A DNA stretch of 64,000 nucleotides from an uncultured delta proteobacterium (GTDB taxonomy: Bacteria > Desulfobacterota > Binatia > Binatales > Binataceae): assembly GCA_963794325.1 (NCBI GenBank), contig CAWCDG010000004.1, positions 1,408,001 to 1,472,000 on the forward strand. The letters run 5' to 3'. Of the stretch, positions 27,572 to 37,546 are shown piece after piece. Under the pieces are notes generated by a model. That model saw nothing but the letters and a program-made list of their open reading frames with translations, ran no database searches and was not told where the DNA came from. The first letter of the stretch is position 1; every line of letters starts with the position of its first letter. Both the position numbers and the translations under genes were made by a program.

Positions 27572-28783
27572 ATGCAAAACGGAATCTTGTCGGGAATCAG
27601 GGTGATCGATTGTGGAACGTATATCGCGGGGCCGGCCTCGGCCACGGTGATGTCGGATTTCGGCGCGGAGGTGTTCAAAATCGAACGCCCCGATGGAGGA
27701 GATCTGTGGCGTCTGTTTCCACATCTAGCCGGCTCGGCGAAGTCCAGACTGAATTGGGCGTGGGTACTCACCGGCCGCAACAAGAAAAGCGTCGCACTCG
27801 ACCTCGGGAGTCCGGAAGGTTACGAGGCGCTGATGCGGCTGGTCAAAACTGCCGACGTTTTCGTCACCAACTATCAGACTCAACTGCTGACGAAGTTTCA
27901 TCTGAACTGGGACGATTTGCGCCCGGTTAATGAGCGGCTGATTTTCGCGCATCTCACCGGCTACGGCGAAAAAGGCGACGATGCTGACTTGCCCGCGTTC
28001 GATGCGCTGGCTTACTGGGCGCGTTCGGGTCTGATGACCGGCGTGACGGGGCGCGATGGGACGCCGTCTGGGCCGCGGCCGGGAATCGGAGACCATCCGA
28101 CGGCGATGGCGATGTTTGGCGCGATCATGCTCGGGCTCTACAACCGCGAGCGCACCGGACGCGGATCGAAAGTAGGCACGTCGTTGATGGCGAGCGGCGC
28201 CTGGGCGCATAGCTGCGATTTGCAGGCGCAAATGCTTGGCGCCACCTTTCCCAAACCGGCGGGTCTCACTCCGATAAATCCGCTATCCGCGGGATACATC
28301 ACGCGCGATGGGAAAGTGTTCCTGTTGGTTCAGCTCGATCCTGAGCACGAGTTCCCGCGGCTGTGCAAAATGTTCGAGGCGCCCGAGATGGCGACCGATC
28401 CGATGTTCGCGACCGACGCCGCCCGCACCGAGCACGCCGCCGAACTGTCGGCAATTTTGCAATCGCAATTCGAGTCGAAGGACCTGTCGGAGTGGCGCGC
28501 GCTGTTCAAGCAGTACGACATCAAATGGTCGGCGCTGCCGATGCTCGCAGACGTCGTGAACGATCCGCAGATGCGCGCCTCGGGCGCCTTCATCGAGCTC
28601 GACTGGCCGGGCCATGGCAAGATCGAGACGATCAACAGTCCGGTCTTTGTTGCGGGCGCCGAAAAGCGCAAGCCCGAACCGGCCCCCGAGGTAGGAGCGA
28701 ATACGCGCGAGGTCCTGCGCACGCTCGGTTATAGCGACGCCGCGATCGACGACCTGGTCAAGCGGCGGATCGCGGCAGGTTAA
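27572..28783 (+). CDS. CaiB/BaiF family III CoA transferase
   Basis: LSGIRVID..IAGP..DFGAEVFKIE, RNKKSVALDL, GYG, GDH motif. Confidence 0.93.
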   Translation: MQNGILSGIRVIDCGTYIAGPASATVMSDFGAEVFKIERPDGGDLWRLFPHLAGSAKSRLNWAWVLTGRNKKSVALDLGSPEGYEALMRLVKTADVFVTNYQTQLLTKFHLNWDDLRPVNERLIFAHLTGYGEKGDDADLPAFDALAYWARSGLMTGVTGRDGTPSGPRPGIGDHPTAMAMFGAIMLGLYNRERTGRGSKVGTSLMASGAWAHSCDLQAQMLGATFPKPAGLTPINPLSAGYITRDGKVFLLVQLDPEHEFPRLCKMFEAPEMATDPMFATDAARTEHAAELSAILQSQFESKDLSEWRALFKQYDIKWSALPMLADVVNDPQMRASGAFIELDWPGHGKIETINSPVFVAGAEKRKPEPAPEVGANTREVLRTLGYSDAAIDDLVKRRIAAG

Positions 28784-28786
28784 TTG

Positions 28787-29653
28787 CTAGGCGCCGATTG
28801 TCTTCTGCAACCAGCTCACGAGATCGCGCATCACTTCGTCGCGGTTGGTTTCGTTCAGCATCTCGTGGCGGCCTTCTGGATAGTATTTCTCGCTGACGTT
28901 TGCGATTCCGGCGGCGCGATAGCGATCGGCCAGCGGCTTCAGCCATTCGAGGTTGTGATTAATCGGGTCCTTGTCGCCGGCGAAAATGTAGATTGGAAGG
29001 TCCTTGCGAATTTGCCCCAGTGCCGCCGGATCGATCAGCCGAATCGCAGAAGCGGTCATCGTCGCCATCGCTTTCTTGTTGATTCCAAATCCGCAAAGCG
29101 GGTCCGCTTCGTACGCATCCACCGCCGCGGGATCGCGGCTCAACCAATCGTGTTGGGTTCGCGCAGGCTCGAACGAGCGGTTGAACGCGGTGAGGTCGGC
29201 GTCCTGCGACGGATCGATCGACAGCTTGTCCACCGCCGCCGAACCCGACAGAACGAGGCCAGCGATCACCGCGCTGTTGTCGAGCACGTAATTCTGCGCC
29301 GCGAACGATCCCATGCTGTGGCCGAGCAGGATCACCGGCAGGCGTCCTTCGCGGGTGCGCGCGAGGCGGGTGAGCGTCACCATGTCGGCGACCAATCCGT
29401 TCCATCCGGCACTGCCAAAGTCGCCGAGCGACTCGCGGCCCTTCACGCTGCGTCCGTGCCCGCGATGGTCGTTGGCGTAAACGTGAAAGCCAGCCTGGTT
29501 GAGAAACTCCGCGACGTGGGCGTAGCGGAGCGAATGCTCGCCCATGCCGTGCGCGATCTGAACGATTGCGGCGGCCTTTCCGGGAGCGCGCCATCGATAG
29601 TAGGCAATCTCGGTTCCATCTTCGCTGTTGAAAGAAAAATCTTCGCGTCTCAT
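28787..29653 (-). CDS. Alpha/beta hydrolase (lysophospholipase-like)
   Basis: HGMGEH, DHRGHG, GHSMG nucleophile elbow, RHEMLNE. Confidence 0.92.
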   Translation of the reverse strand: MRREDFSFNSEDGTEIAYYRWRAPGKAAAIVQIAHGMGEHSLRYAHVAEFLNQAGFHVYANDHRGHGRSVKGRESLGDFGSAGWNGLVADMVTLTRLARTREGRLPVILLGHSMGSFAAQNYVLDNSAVIAGLVLSGSAAVDKLSIDPSQDADLTAFNRSFEPARTQHDWLSRDPAAVDAYEADPLCGFGINKKAMATMTASAIRLIDPAALGQIRKDLPIYIFAGDKDPINHNLEWLKPLADRYRAAGIANVSEKYYPEGRHEMLNETNRDEVMRDLVSWLQKTIGA

Positions 29654-29795
29654 GCGGGTGCACCTCCCGGCTCTCGAATCCTGGGAACCGAATACTACAA
29701 ATTGAATAGCCCCGTCGATTCCCTTTTGACGTTATGTGCTACGGCGCGGTAGCTTTCAGTTGGATTAACCCGAAACTTATTGGTCCAGGAGTGAT

Positions 29796-30188
29796 GTGAT
29801 GAAAGATCCGGCATACGACGCGGGATTGGCCGTTCGGCGTCGCGTCCTGGGCGACGCGCATGTTAAGCGCTCAATGGAAAACGCGACCAGCTTTGACGAA
29901 GACTTTCAGAATCTCGTCACGCGCCACGCGTGGGGCGACATCTGGACGCGGCCCGGCCTCGACCATCGAACGCGCAGCCTCATCACGATCGCGCTGCTGG
30001 CTGCCGGCGGCCGCAATGAAGAGTTAAATCTTCACATTCGCGCCACTCGCAACACGGGCGCTACGCCAGACGAGGTGAAGGAAGTTCTGCTGCAGGTCGC
30101 GGTCTATGCCGGTGTGCCTGCGGCGAACTCCGCGTTCCGAATCGCAAAGTCGGCGTTCGAGGAAATGGCGAAAGAGGACGCCCGATGA
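29796..30188 (+). CDS. pcaC: 4-carboxymuconolactone decarboxylase
   Basis: GLAVRRRVLGDAHV, AWGDIWTRPGL, YAGVPAAN; adjacent to pcaHGB. Confidence 0.92.
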   Translation: MMKDPAYDAGLAVRRRVLGDAHVKRSMENATSFDEDFQNLVTRHAWGDIWTRPGLDHRTRSLITIALLAAGGRNEELNLHIRATRNTGATPDEVKEVLLQVAVYAGVPAANSAFRIAKSAFEEMAKEDAR

Positions 30189-30889
30189 GATCGCCCGCGG
30201 GCTATCGTCGCGAAACGTCGGGAGATCACCCGCCGTACGATTGTCCTGCTTACGCGAGCACCCACAAGCGAGCGCCGCGAAATGCGCCGGTAAGGATCGA
30301 ACACACGCTTTCGGAAATCACCGGACCCAGGTTTGCGCGCGAGATGATCGCATCTGGCGAAAACGATCTCACGCATTTCAATGGCGGTGAAGCTCTCGGC
30401 GAGCGAATCATCGTAACCGGACGCGTCCTCGATGAAGATGGCGGCGCGATTCCGTACACTATAGTCGAAATCTGGCAGGCGAATGCCGCGGGCCGCTACG
30501 CTCACGCAGACGACCGGCACGACGCGCCGCTTGATCCGCACTTCGCCGGCATCGGAAGAGTGATTACCGACGAGCAGGGCGCGTATCGCTTCATGACGGT
30601 CAAGCCGGGCGCGTATCCGTGGCGCAATCATCACAATGCGTGGCGGCCGAATCACATTCACTTCAGCCTGTTCGGGCCGAGTTTCGCCACTCGCCTCATT
30701 ACTCAGATGTATTTTCCCGGTGATCCGCTTCTAGCTATCGACCCGATCTTCAACAGTGTCCCGGATCCTTCGGCGCGCGAACGGCTGATAGCTACATTTG
30801 ATATTGAAGTTACTATTCCCGAATACGCACTCGGTTATAGATTCGATTTTGTATTGCGCGGTTCCGACGCGATACCAACCTCGCACTGA
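30185..30889 (+). CDS. pcaH: Protocatechuate 3,4-dioxygenase beta subunit
   Basis: EIWQANAAGRY, KPGAYPW, WRPNHIHFS (Tyr/Tyr/His/His iron ligands). Confidence 0.96.
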   Translation: MRSPAGYRRETSGDHPPYDCPAYASTHKRAPRNAPVRIEHTLSEITGPRFAREMIASGENDLTHFNGGEALGERIIVTGRVLDEDGGAIPYTIVEIWQANAAGRYAHADDRHDAPLDPHFAGIGRVITDEQGAYRFMTVKPGAYPWRNHHNAWRPNHIHFSLFGPSFATRLITQMYFPGDPLLAIDPIFNSVPDPSARERLIATFDIEVTIPEYALGYRFDFVLRGSDAIPTSH

Positions 30890-30891
30890 AA

Positions 30892-31464
30892 ATGAGCCCG
30901 CGGCAAACCCCATCGCAAACCGTCGGTCCGTTCTTCAAGCCTGCGCTGGTTCGACCTGGAAGTGAATCGATGGTCACGTCCAAGTCTCGCGGCGAGCGCA
31001 TCACGATTGAGGGCCGCATTCTCGACGGCGACGGCGCGCCGGTTAGCGACGCGATGATCGAGCTCTGGCAGGCAAACGCCGACGGCCGCTATGACCATCC
31101 CGACGACTCGCAGGAAAAGCTGATCGATCCCGAATTCCACGGGTTCGGCCGAGCTGCGACTGACGAGCGCGGGTGCTTTCGCTTTTACACGATCAAGCCG
31201 GGCGCTGTTCCGGGCCCGGGCAGTCTGCTTCAAGCGCCGCACATCAACGTATCTATTTTCGCGCGCGGCCTTTTGAAGCGGCTGGTCACTCGAATCTACT
31301 TTCCCGGCGAGCAACAGAACGCCAGCGACGCTGTGTTGAACACTCTCTCGCGCGAGCGACGTGCGACACTGGTCGCTCGAATCGAGAACGCTGAGCGGCC
31401 GAACGTGTTGCGATTCGATATCGCGCTGCAGGGAGAGAACGAGACAGTGTTCTTCGACGTATGA
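30892..31464 (+). CDS. pcaG: Protocatechuate 3,4-dioxygenase alpha subunit
   Basis: TPSQTVGPF, QAPHI..FARGLL, LQGENETVFFDV. Confidence 0.96.
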   Translation: MSPRQTPSQTVGPFFKPALVRPGSESMVTSKSRGERITIEGRILDGDGAPVSDAMIELWQANADGRYDHPDDSQEKLIDPEFHGFGRAATDERGCFRFYTIKPGAVPGPGSLLQAPHINVSIFARGLLKRLVTRIYFPGEQQNASDAVLNTLSRERRATLVARIENAERPNVLRFDIALQGENETVFFDV

Positions 31465-32816
31465 GCATTCATCCCGCAGACTCTCAAATTTTCGGCGCGC
31501 TGTACGGCACCGATGAAACGCGCGAGCTGTTCTCCGATCGCGCTCATCTGCAATTCATGCTCGACGTCGAGGCTGCGTTGGCCCGCGCGGAAGCGAAACT
31601 CGGCTTGGTGCCCGCGGATGTTGCCGACGCGATCGGCCGCGCGGCCCGAGTCGAGAACTTGCGGCTTGATTATATCGCAGACAGCACCCGCCTCGTCGGT
31701 TATCCGGTGGTCGCCGTGGTCAAAGAGCTGGGCCGAATCGCGGGCGATGAGGCCGCGCGCTACATCCATCTTGGCGCCACCACTCAGGATATTCTCGACA
31801 CCGCGCTCGTTCTGCAGTTACAGCGCGCGTTTGCGATCATGCGTCGCGATCTGATCGCGATCGCGCGCGCGCTCGCAGAGCGCGCGGTCAAGTTTCGCGA
31901 CACGCCGATTGCGGGCCGGACCCATCTGCAGCACGCCGTCCCGACAACGTTCGGTCTCAAGTGCGCCACATGGGCGTCGCCGTTAGTCACTCACGTCGAG
32001 CGATTGGATCAGGCTGCGCCGAGAATTTTTGTCGTTCAGCTGGGTGGCGCGGCGGGAACGCTGGCGGCGCTCGGCGCGGATGGACCTGCGGTAGCCGAGG
32101 AGCTTGCGCGCGAGCTCGCGCTCGGTGTTCCGGACTCGCCGTGGCACGCCCAGCGCGATCGATTTGCGGAGGCTGGTGCGCTGCTCGGGCTGATTTGCGG
32201 AAGCTTGTCGAAATTCGCGCTTGACATTTCGCTGATGATGCAGACCGAAGTTGGCGAGGTGTCCGAGCCGCACGAAGCGGGCCGTGGCGGGTCGTCAACG
32301 ATGCCGCAGAAGCGTAATCCGATCGCGAGCGAGTACATTCTCGGCGCCACGCGTGCCGTGCATGCTTTGGTGCCGGTGATGCTTGGCTCGATGACCGCGG
32401 ATCACGAACGCGCGACTGGGCCGTGGCAGAGCGAGTCGCTTGCGTTACCGCAATGTGTAGCTTTGACCGCGGGCGGGTTGGCGCATGCTCGTTCGATTGC
32501 AGAAGGTATGACGGTCGACACCGAGCGCATGCGGCGCAATCTCGAACTGACTGGTGGATTGATCATGGCTGAAGCAATCGCGACTGCGCTGGTGCCGCGG
32601 ATCGGTCGTGCTGCGGCCGAGGCCGCGGTTGCGCGCGTCTGCAATCGCGCGATCGCCGAGGGCGCACCACTCGCGGCGATCCTTGGCGAAGATCCTGGGT
32701 TGCGGCCGCACCTGAGCGGCGCTGAGATCGAGAGACTTCTGGATCCCGCTCAGTACCTTGGATCGGCAGGCGTCTTCGTCGATAAGGTTGTCGCACGAGT
32801 TGCCGCGCTCCGGTAG
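31461..32816 (+). CDS. pcaB: 3-carboxy-cis,cis-muconate cycloisomerase
   Basis: HLGATTQD, GRTHLQHA, GGSSTMPQKRNP fumarase-family signature; pca context. Confidence 0.9.
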   Translation: MSIHPADSQIFGALYGTDETRELFSDRAHLQFMLDVEAALARAEAKLGLVPADVADAIGRAARVENLRLDYIADSTRLVGYPVVAVVKELGRIAGDEAARYIHLGATTQDILDTALVLQLQRAFAIMRRDLIAIARALAERAVKFRDTPIAGRTHLQHAVPTTFGLKCATWASPLVTHVERLDQAAPRIFVVQLGGAAGTLAALGADGPAVAEELARELALGVPDSPWHAQRDRFAEAGALLGLICGSLSKFALDISLMMQTEVGEVSEPHEAGRGGSSTMPQKRNPIASEYILGATRAVHALVPVMLGSMTADHERATGPWQSESLALPQCVALTAGGLAHARSIAEGMTVDTERMRRNLELTGGLIMAEAIATALVPRIGRAAAEAAVARVCNRAIAEGAPLAAILGEDPGLRPHLSGAEIERLLDPAQYLGSAGVFVDKVVARVAALR

Positions 32817-32841
32817 CGGCTTCTTCAATCAGGAGGCGCCG

Positions 32842-33975
32842 ATGAAAAACGAGTCACCTCACAACCCTCCGTTTCGCGCCGATCACGTAGGCAGTCTGCT
32901 GCGCCCGCTCGAATTGCTGAAGGCTCGCGCCGACCGCGCGGCCGGCAAAGTCTCAGCCGAGGAATTGCGTGCCATTGAGGACTCATCGATTCGCAAGGCG
33001 GTGGCGTTTCAGGAGAGCGTCGGGCTTCAGTCGATCACCGACGGCGAATTTCGCCGCGAGATTTTTTATTCCGACTTTTATTTCCGAGGCCTCGGCGGCG
33101 GCACGGTTGCTTACGATCCGTCGTCGATCGACGAGGTCTATTTCATCGATCGCGAGGGTCATAAATTGCCACTGTTGGTGCCGCGAGTGCAGGCGCGGAT
33201 GCGCTGGCATGATCCGATCCACGTGGACGACTTCAAATTCCTTCGCGCGGCGACAACGCGCACCCCGAAGATTACGATTCCGTCTCCTACCATCATCCAC
33301 TTCCGCGCCGGCCGCGAGAATATCAGCAAGGATGTTTATCCGGAGATCGATCTTTTCTGGGAAGATATCGTCGATGCGTTTCAGCGGGAGTTAAAGGCAC
33401 TTGCCGCCGCTGGCTGCACCTATGTGCAGATAGATGAGACGACGCTGGCATCGCTGAGCGACCGGCGAATTTGGGAGCCATTGCGAAAGCGTGGCGATGA
33501 TGCTCGCATGCTGTTGCTCGATACCTATCCTGCGGTGATGAACCGCGCGTTTGCGGGCCGCCCAGCTGGGTTGCAACTCTCGATGCACATTTGCCGTGGC
33601 AATAATCAGAGTCATTGGAGCGCCGAGGGCGGATACGATCTGGTCGCCGATACGCTGTTCAACAAGATCGAGGTTGATTCTTATTTTCTGGAATACGACA
33701 CGCCGCGTGCCGGAAGTTTCGAACCGCTGCGGCTGGTGCCAAAGAACAAAACCGTGGTGCTCGGGCTGGTCTCGAGTAAATTTCCAGAGCTCGAATCGAA
33801 GGATTCACTCAAGCGCCGAATCGAGGAGGCCTCGAAATTTGTCGGGCTCAACCAACTCTCGATCAGTCCGCAATGCGGATTTGCGAGCACTGCGCCCGGC
33901 AACAAAATTTCCGCAGCGGACCAGCGCGCCAAGCTGGAGTTGGTGGTTGAAGTTGCCAAGGAAGTTTGGGGCTAG
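32842..33975 (+). CDS. Core (single-barrel) cobalamin-independent methionine synthase-like protein
   Basis: RADHVGSLLRP, TDGEFRR, HICRGN, LEYD, SPQCGF Zn ligands; AGGAGG RBS. Confidence 0.9.
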   Translation: MKNESPHNPPFRADHVGSLLRPLELLKARADRAAGKVSAEELRAIEDSSIRKAVAFQESVGLQSITDGEFRREIFYSDFYFRGLGGGTVAYDPSSIDEVYFIDREGHKLPLLVPRVQARMRWHDPIHVDDFKFLRAATTRTPKITIPSPTIIHFRAGRENISKDVYPEIDLFWEDIVDAFQRELKALAAAGCTYVQIDETTLASLSDRRIWEPLRKRGDDARMLLLDTYPAVMNRAFAGRPAGLQLSMHICRGNNQSHWSAEGGYDLVADTLFNKIEVDSYFLEYDTPRAGSFEPLRLVPKNKTVVLGLVSSKFPELESKDSLKRRIEEASKFVGLNQLSISPQCGFASTAPGNKISAADQRAKLELVVEVAKEVWG

Positions 33976-34158
33976 CCGCAAAGATTTCAGGAAGATGACC
34001 GCCGCCATCGACTCGCTACCGCACCGCCTGGATTAGCTACTCGCTTTCGCAGCCTCCTTCGAAAATGAGTACTGCGCCGTCGGATTTACACTAACTTGAG
34101 CGGATGGTAGCGTCGGCCAAAGGTTTCGTGCTGGGGGGCCGGGATCGAGGGGATTTGC

Positions 34159-37100
34159 GTGGCACAGAACGATGGCGGCTCAGCCGAGCGTCGAAGCCAT
34201 CCAAGGTCGCAGCCAGCAGGCGATGGGCACGCGGGCGTATTCGCGTGCAGCGGCGAGTATTGGACTCTCGGCTATGACAACGCCAGTTTCACGCTGAAGG
34301 ACATCAAGGGACTCGGCTACATTCAACGCCTGCTGAAGCATCCTGGCGAAGAATTCCATGCGCTGGATCTCCTCGGTAGTACCAGTACGAGCGCCGCTTT
34401 CGAAGTGGAGGGAGCGGACCAGACTTCGCTGCTCGGTAGCGCCACTGTCAGCGTCGGGGGACTCGGCGACGCGGGCGAGATGCTCGACGCGAAGGCCAGG
34501 CAGGAATATCACCGCAGACTCGTTGAGCTTCGTGAGGACCTCGAGGACCTGCGCGAGCGCGGAAACGAGACGCGCGCCGCTGAAGTCGAGTCCGAGATTG
34601 ATTTTCTGAATCGCGAGATAGCTCGGGCGGTTGGTCTAGGCGGGCGAGATCGGCGCGCCGGGTCTGCCGCAGAGCGCGCGCGGCTTAATGTCACGCGAGC
34701 TATAAAATCCGCGCTGCAAAAAATTTCCGAGCATCATGGCCAACTCGGCGAACTGTTGGATCGATCGATCAAAACGGGATCGTTCAGTTGCTATCTTGCC
34801 AATCCGCGCACACCGGTAGCCTGGCGATTCTCGCTCGACGAGGGCGTCAAGCCGTCGGTAGGCGTCGAAGTCACGGCGCCGATTTTCTCGCGTCCCGAAA
34901 CCAGTCTCGTTCAATCGCTCGGCGATCGCACCGCATTTGTCGGCAGAGAAACGGAACGCTCGATGCTTCGCCGACTGCTGGAGCGAGTCATTGCCGGCGA
35001 GGGCGCGGTGGCGATGATCGGAGGGGCGCTCGGCGTTGGCAAAACCCGAATTTCAGCAGAGTTCGCGGCTGAGGCTTCGGCGCGAGGATTCGTTACGCTG
35101 GTGGGTAGCTGTTACGATCGCGAGAATTCCCTTCCGTTCAACCCGTTCGTTGAGATTCTCGAGTCGGCGATGGCTCAATCGACAAGCCAGGAAGTCTTCC
35201 GTAACGCGCTCGGGAATGACGCGGGCGAGATGGCTCGATTGATGCCGCAGCTCCGCCGTCTCTTTCCGGACATTCCACCCCCGCTTGAAGTTTCGCCGGA
35301 GCAGTCGCGAAGGATTCTCTTCAACGCGGTCGTAGAGCTGCTCGGCCGAAGCGCCTCGACCGGTCCGATCCTTCTGCTATTCGAAGACCTGCATTGGGCT
35401 GACGAAGGAACGCTGTCGCTGCTGAATCATATTGCGCGCTCGATATCGAGAATTCCGGTGCTGATACTGGGCACCTATCGTGACAATGAGATCGATTCCG
35501 GCGGGCCTTTCGCGCAGACACTCGACGAGTTGCTACGCATTCATATGCTCGACAGGATCAATCTGCGAGGCCTGCCGCAGAGCGCTGTTGCGGAAATGAT
35601 TCGTGCACTCAGTGGGAAAGAGCCGCCAAGAGAGGTCGTGAACCTGATCTACTCGGGCACCGACGGCAATCCATTCTTCGTCGAAGAGCTTTTTCGCCAT
35701 CTCGTCGAGCGCGACAGGCTTATGGATGAGAGTGGTGAGTTTCGACGGGATCTCAATCTGACTGAGATAGACGTCCCGCAAACTTTGCGGCTTGTGATAG
35801 GACGGCGGCTGGCACGACTCACCGATGAAGCGCAAAAGATCCTGGGTCCCGCCGCAGTCATAGGACGATCATTCACCTTCGAGCTCCTGGAAGCCTCGAC
35901 CGATATTGAAGCAGACTCACTGCTGGATTGCGTTGAAGAAGTCGAAAAAGCAGGGCTGATTTACTCGACCCTGGGTTACCCGGAAGCGAACTTTCAGTTC
36001 TCTCATGAGCTGATTCGGAGTGCCGTCCTTAGTGACCTATCCGCTCCGCGTCGTCAACGGATCCATCTTAATGTGGTCAGCGGAATCGAGCGCGTTCACG
36101 CCAATGCTCTCGAGGATCATGCGGGAAATCTGGCGCATCATCTGTGGCAAGCGGGCCGAGCAGCGGATCCCGATAAGACGGTTCACTTTCTGACGCTGGC
36201 CGCACAACAAGCACTTAAGCAGAGCGCCTATGAAGGAGCGCTTCGTTATTTCCAGAATGCGCTGGAGCTGCTCAGAGTGTTGCCGTACTCACAGGAGCGG
36301 GCGGGGCGCGAGCTGGATCTACAACTCGACTACGGGCTCGCGTTGCTCGCCACTAAAGGCTGGTACGCTCCTGAATTGGGAAGCACCTATAGACGCGCTC
36401 ATGAGTTGTGCCAGAGTCTTGGAGGTGATCTTAAGCTCTTCTCAGCACTTTCCGGACTGTGGAGCTACCACTTGGTGCGAGGCGAGCACACGATGGCGCT
36501 CAGTTATACGGATGAAATGGCTCGCCTGGCGCCCACCATAGAAAATGAGGGAATGCTGATTCAGGCCGACTGGGCATCTGGCTGCAGTCGATTTTTCAAG
36601 GGTCAATTTGTAGAAGCGCACGCGCGTCTCGAGCGGGGAGCGGGACTGTACGATCGACACAGGCACCGAGCACTAGCGTCTCAATTCGGGCAAGACCCGT
36701 GCGTGAGTTGTCATTGTTTCGATGCGATGACACTTTGGATGCTTGGCTATCCCGATCAAGCCGAGAGAAAGGCGCAAGAGGCCATCAGGCTTGCACGGGA
36801 TCTGGATTATCCGTTCACACTCACCTGGTGCCTATCAATGATTGGGAAGTACTACTCGATGCGCCGGGACTATGTGGCCGCGGAAACGGTAATAGCTGAA
36901 GGCCTGACACTTACAAAGGAGTATGGATTTTCCTTCTTTACGGAGTCGCTGCTCGCGTATCGCGTGATCGGTGCGGCAGCTCAGGGAAGAATAGATCAGA
37001 TGACTGCCGGCGGCGGCAACCCCGGTGGATTTGCGGCCGCTGGTTATGAGTTGGCGCATACCTGGGCCCGATCGACTATAGCAGAAGCATTGGGTGATCT

Positions 37101-37536
37101 TGGGCAAGTCGACATAGGATTCGCGCTATTGGCCGAGGCCAGGGAGCTGATGGTACGGAATGACGAGCGTTACGTGGAAGCGGAAATACATCGGATTCAC
37201 GGTGAATTGAAGCTGAAACAGGCGGCGCGCGACTCGTCGAACCCGGCCAATGCGTCGAAGTGTGAGTCAGAGGCAGAAGAGAGCTTCCGCAAGGCCATTG
37301 ATATTTCTCGTGCGCGCAGCGCCAAGACATTGGAATTACGCGCGACGACTAGCTTGAGCCGTATGCTCGTAAAGAGCGGTAGACAAGCAGAGGCGCTTTC
37401 TCTCCTTCAACATATATGCGATTGGTTCAGCGAGGGCTTGGATTGGCAGGAGCTTCAGGCCGCCAAATCGATTCTGGCTGATCTTTCAAAATCTGAATCT
37501 GATCAAAAGCGCCCTATTCGATCGCTAGCTCGTTGA
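34159..37536 (+). CDS. STAND-type AAA ATPase with TPR sensor and N-terminal putative DNA-binding domain
   Basis: FVGRE, GALGVGKT (Walker A), EDLHWAD (Walker B), GNPFFVEE, ELRATTSL. Confidence 0.9.
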   Translation: MAQNDGGSAERRSHPRSQPAGDGHAGVFACSGEYWTLGYDNASFTLKDIKGLGYIQRLLKHPGEEFHALDLLGSTSTSAAFEVEGADQTSLLGSATVSVGGLGDAGEMLDAKARQEYHRRLVELREDLEDLRERGNETRAAEVESEIDFLNREIARAVGLGGRDRRAGSAAERARLNVTRAIKSALQKISEHHGQLGELLDRSIKTGSFSCYLANPRTPVAWRFSLDEGVKPSVGVEVTAPIFSRPETSLVQSLGDRTAFVGRETERSMLRRLLERVIAGEGAVAMIGGALGVGKTRISAEFAAEASARGFVTLVGSCYDRENSLPFNPFVEILESAMAQSTSQEVFRNALGNDAGEMARLMPQLRRLFPDIPPPLEVSPEQSRRILFNAVVELLGRSASTGPILLLFEDLHWADEGTLSLLNHIARSISRIPVLILGTYRDNEIDSGGPFAQTLDELLRIHMLDRINLRGLPQSAVAEMIRALSGKEPPREVVNLIYSGTDGNPFFVEELFRHLVERDRLMDESGEFRRDLNLTEIDVPQTLRLVIGRRLARLTDEAQKILGPAAVIGRSFTFELLEASTDIEADSLLDCVEEVEKAGLIYSTLGYPEANFQFSHELIRSAVLSDLSAPRRQRIHLNVVSGIERVHANALEDHAGNLAHHLWQAGRAADPDKTVHFLTLAAQQALKQSAYEGALRYFQNALELLRVLPYSQERAGRELDLQLDYGLALLATKGWYAPELGSTYRRAHELCQSLGGDLKLFSALSGLWSYHLVRGEHTMALSYTDEMARLAPTIENEGMLIQADWASGCSRFFKGQFVEAHARLERGAGLYDRHRHRALASQFGQDPCVSCHCFDAMTLWMLGYPDQAERKAQEAIRLARDLDYPFTLTWCLSMIGKYYSMRRDYVAAETVIAEGLTLTKEYGFSFFTESLLAYRVIGAAAQGRIDQMTAGGGNPGGFAAAGYELAHTWARSTIAEALGDLGQVDIGFALLAEARELMVRNDERYVEAEIHRIHGELKLKQAARDSSNPANASKCESEAEESFRKAIDISRARSAKTLELRATTSLSRMLVKSGRQAEALSLLQHICDWFSEGLDWQELQAAKSILADLSKSESDQKRPIRSLAR

Positions 37537-37546
37537 AGTAGACTCG

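Noticed and set aside
28784-29752. 322-aa plus-strand ORF and similar long antisense ORFs (e.g. 7420..8322, 57640..58500, 59940..61055)
   Set aside because: Antisense to well-supported genes; expected in high-GC DNA.
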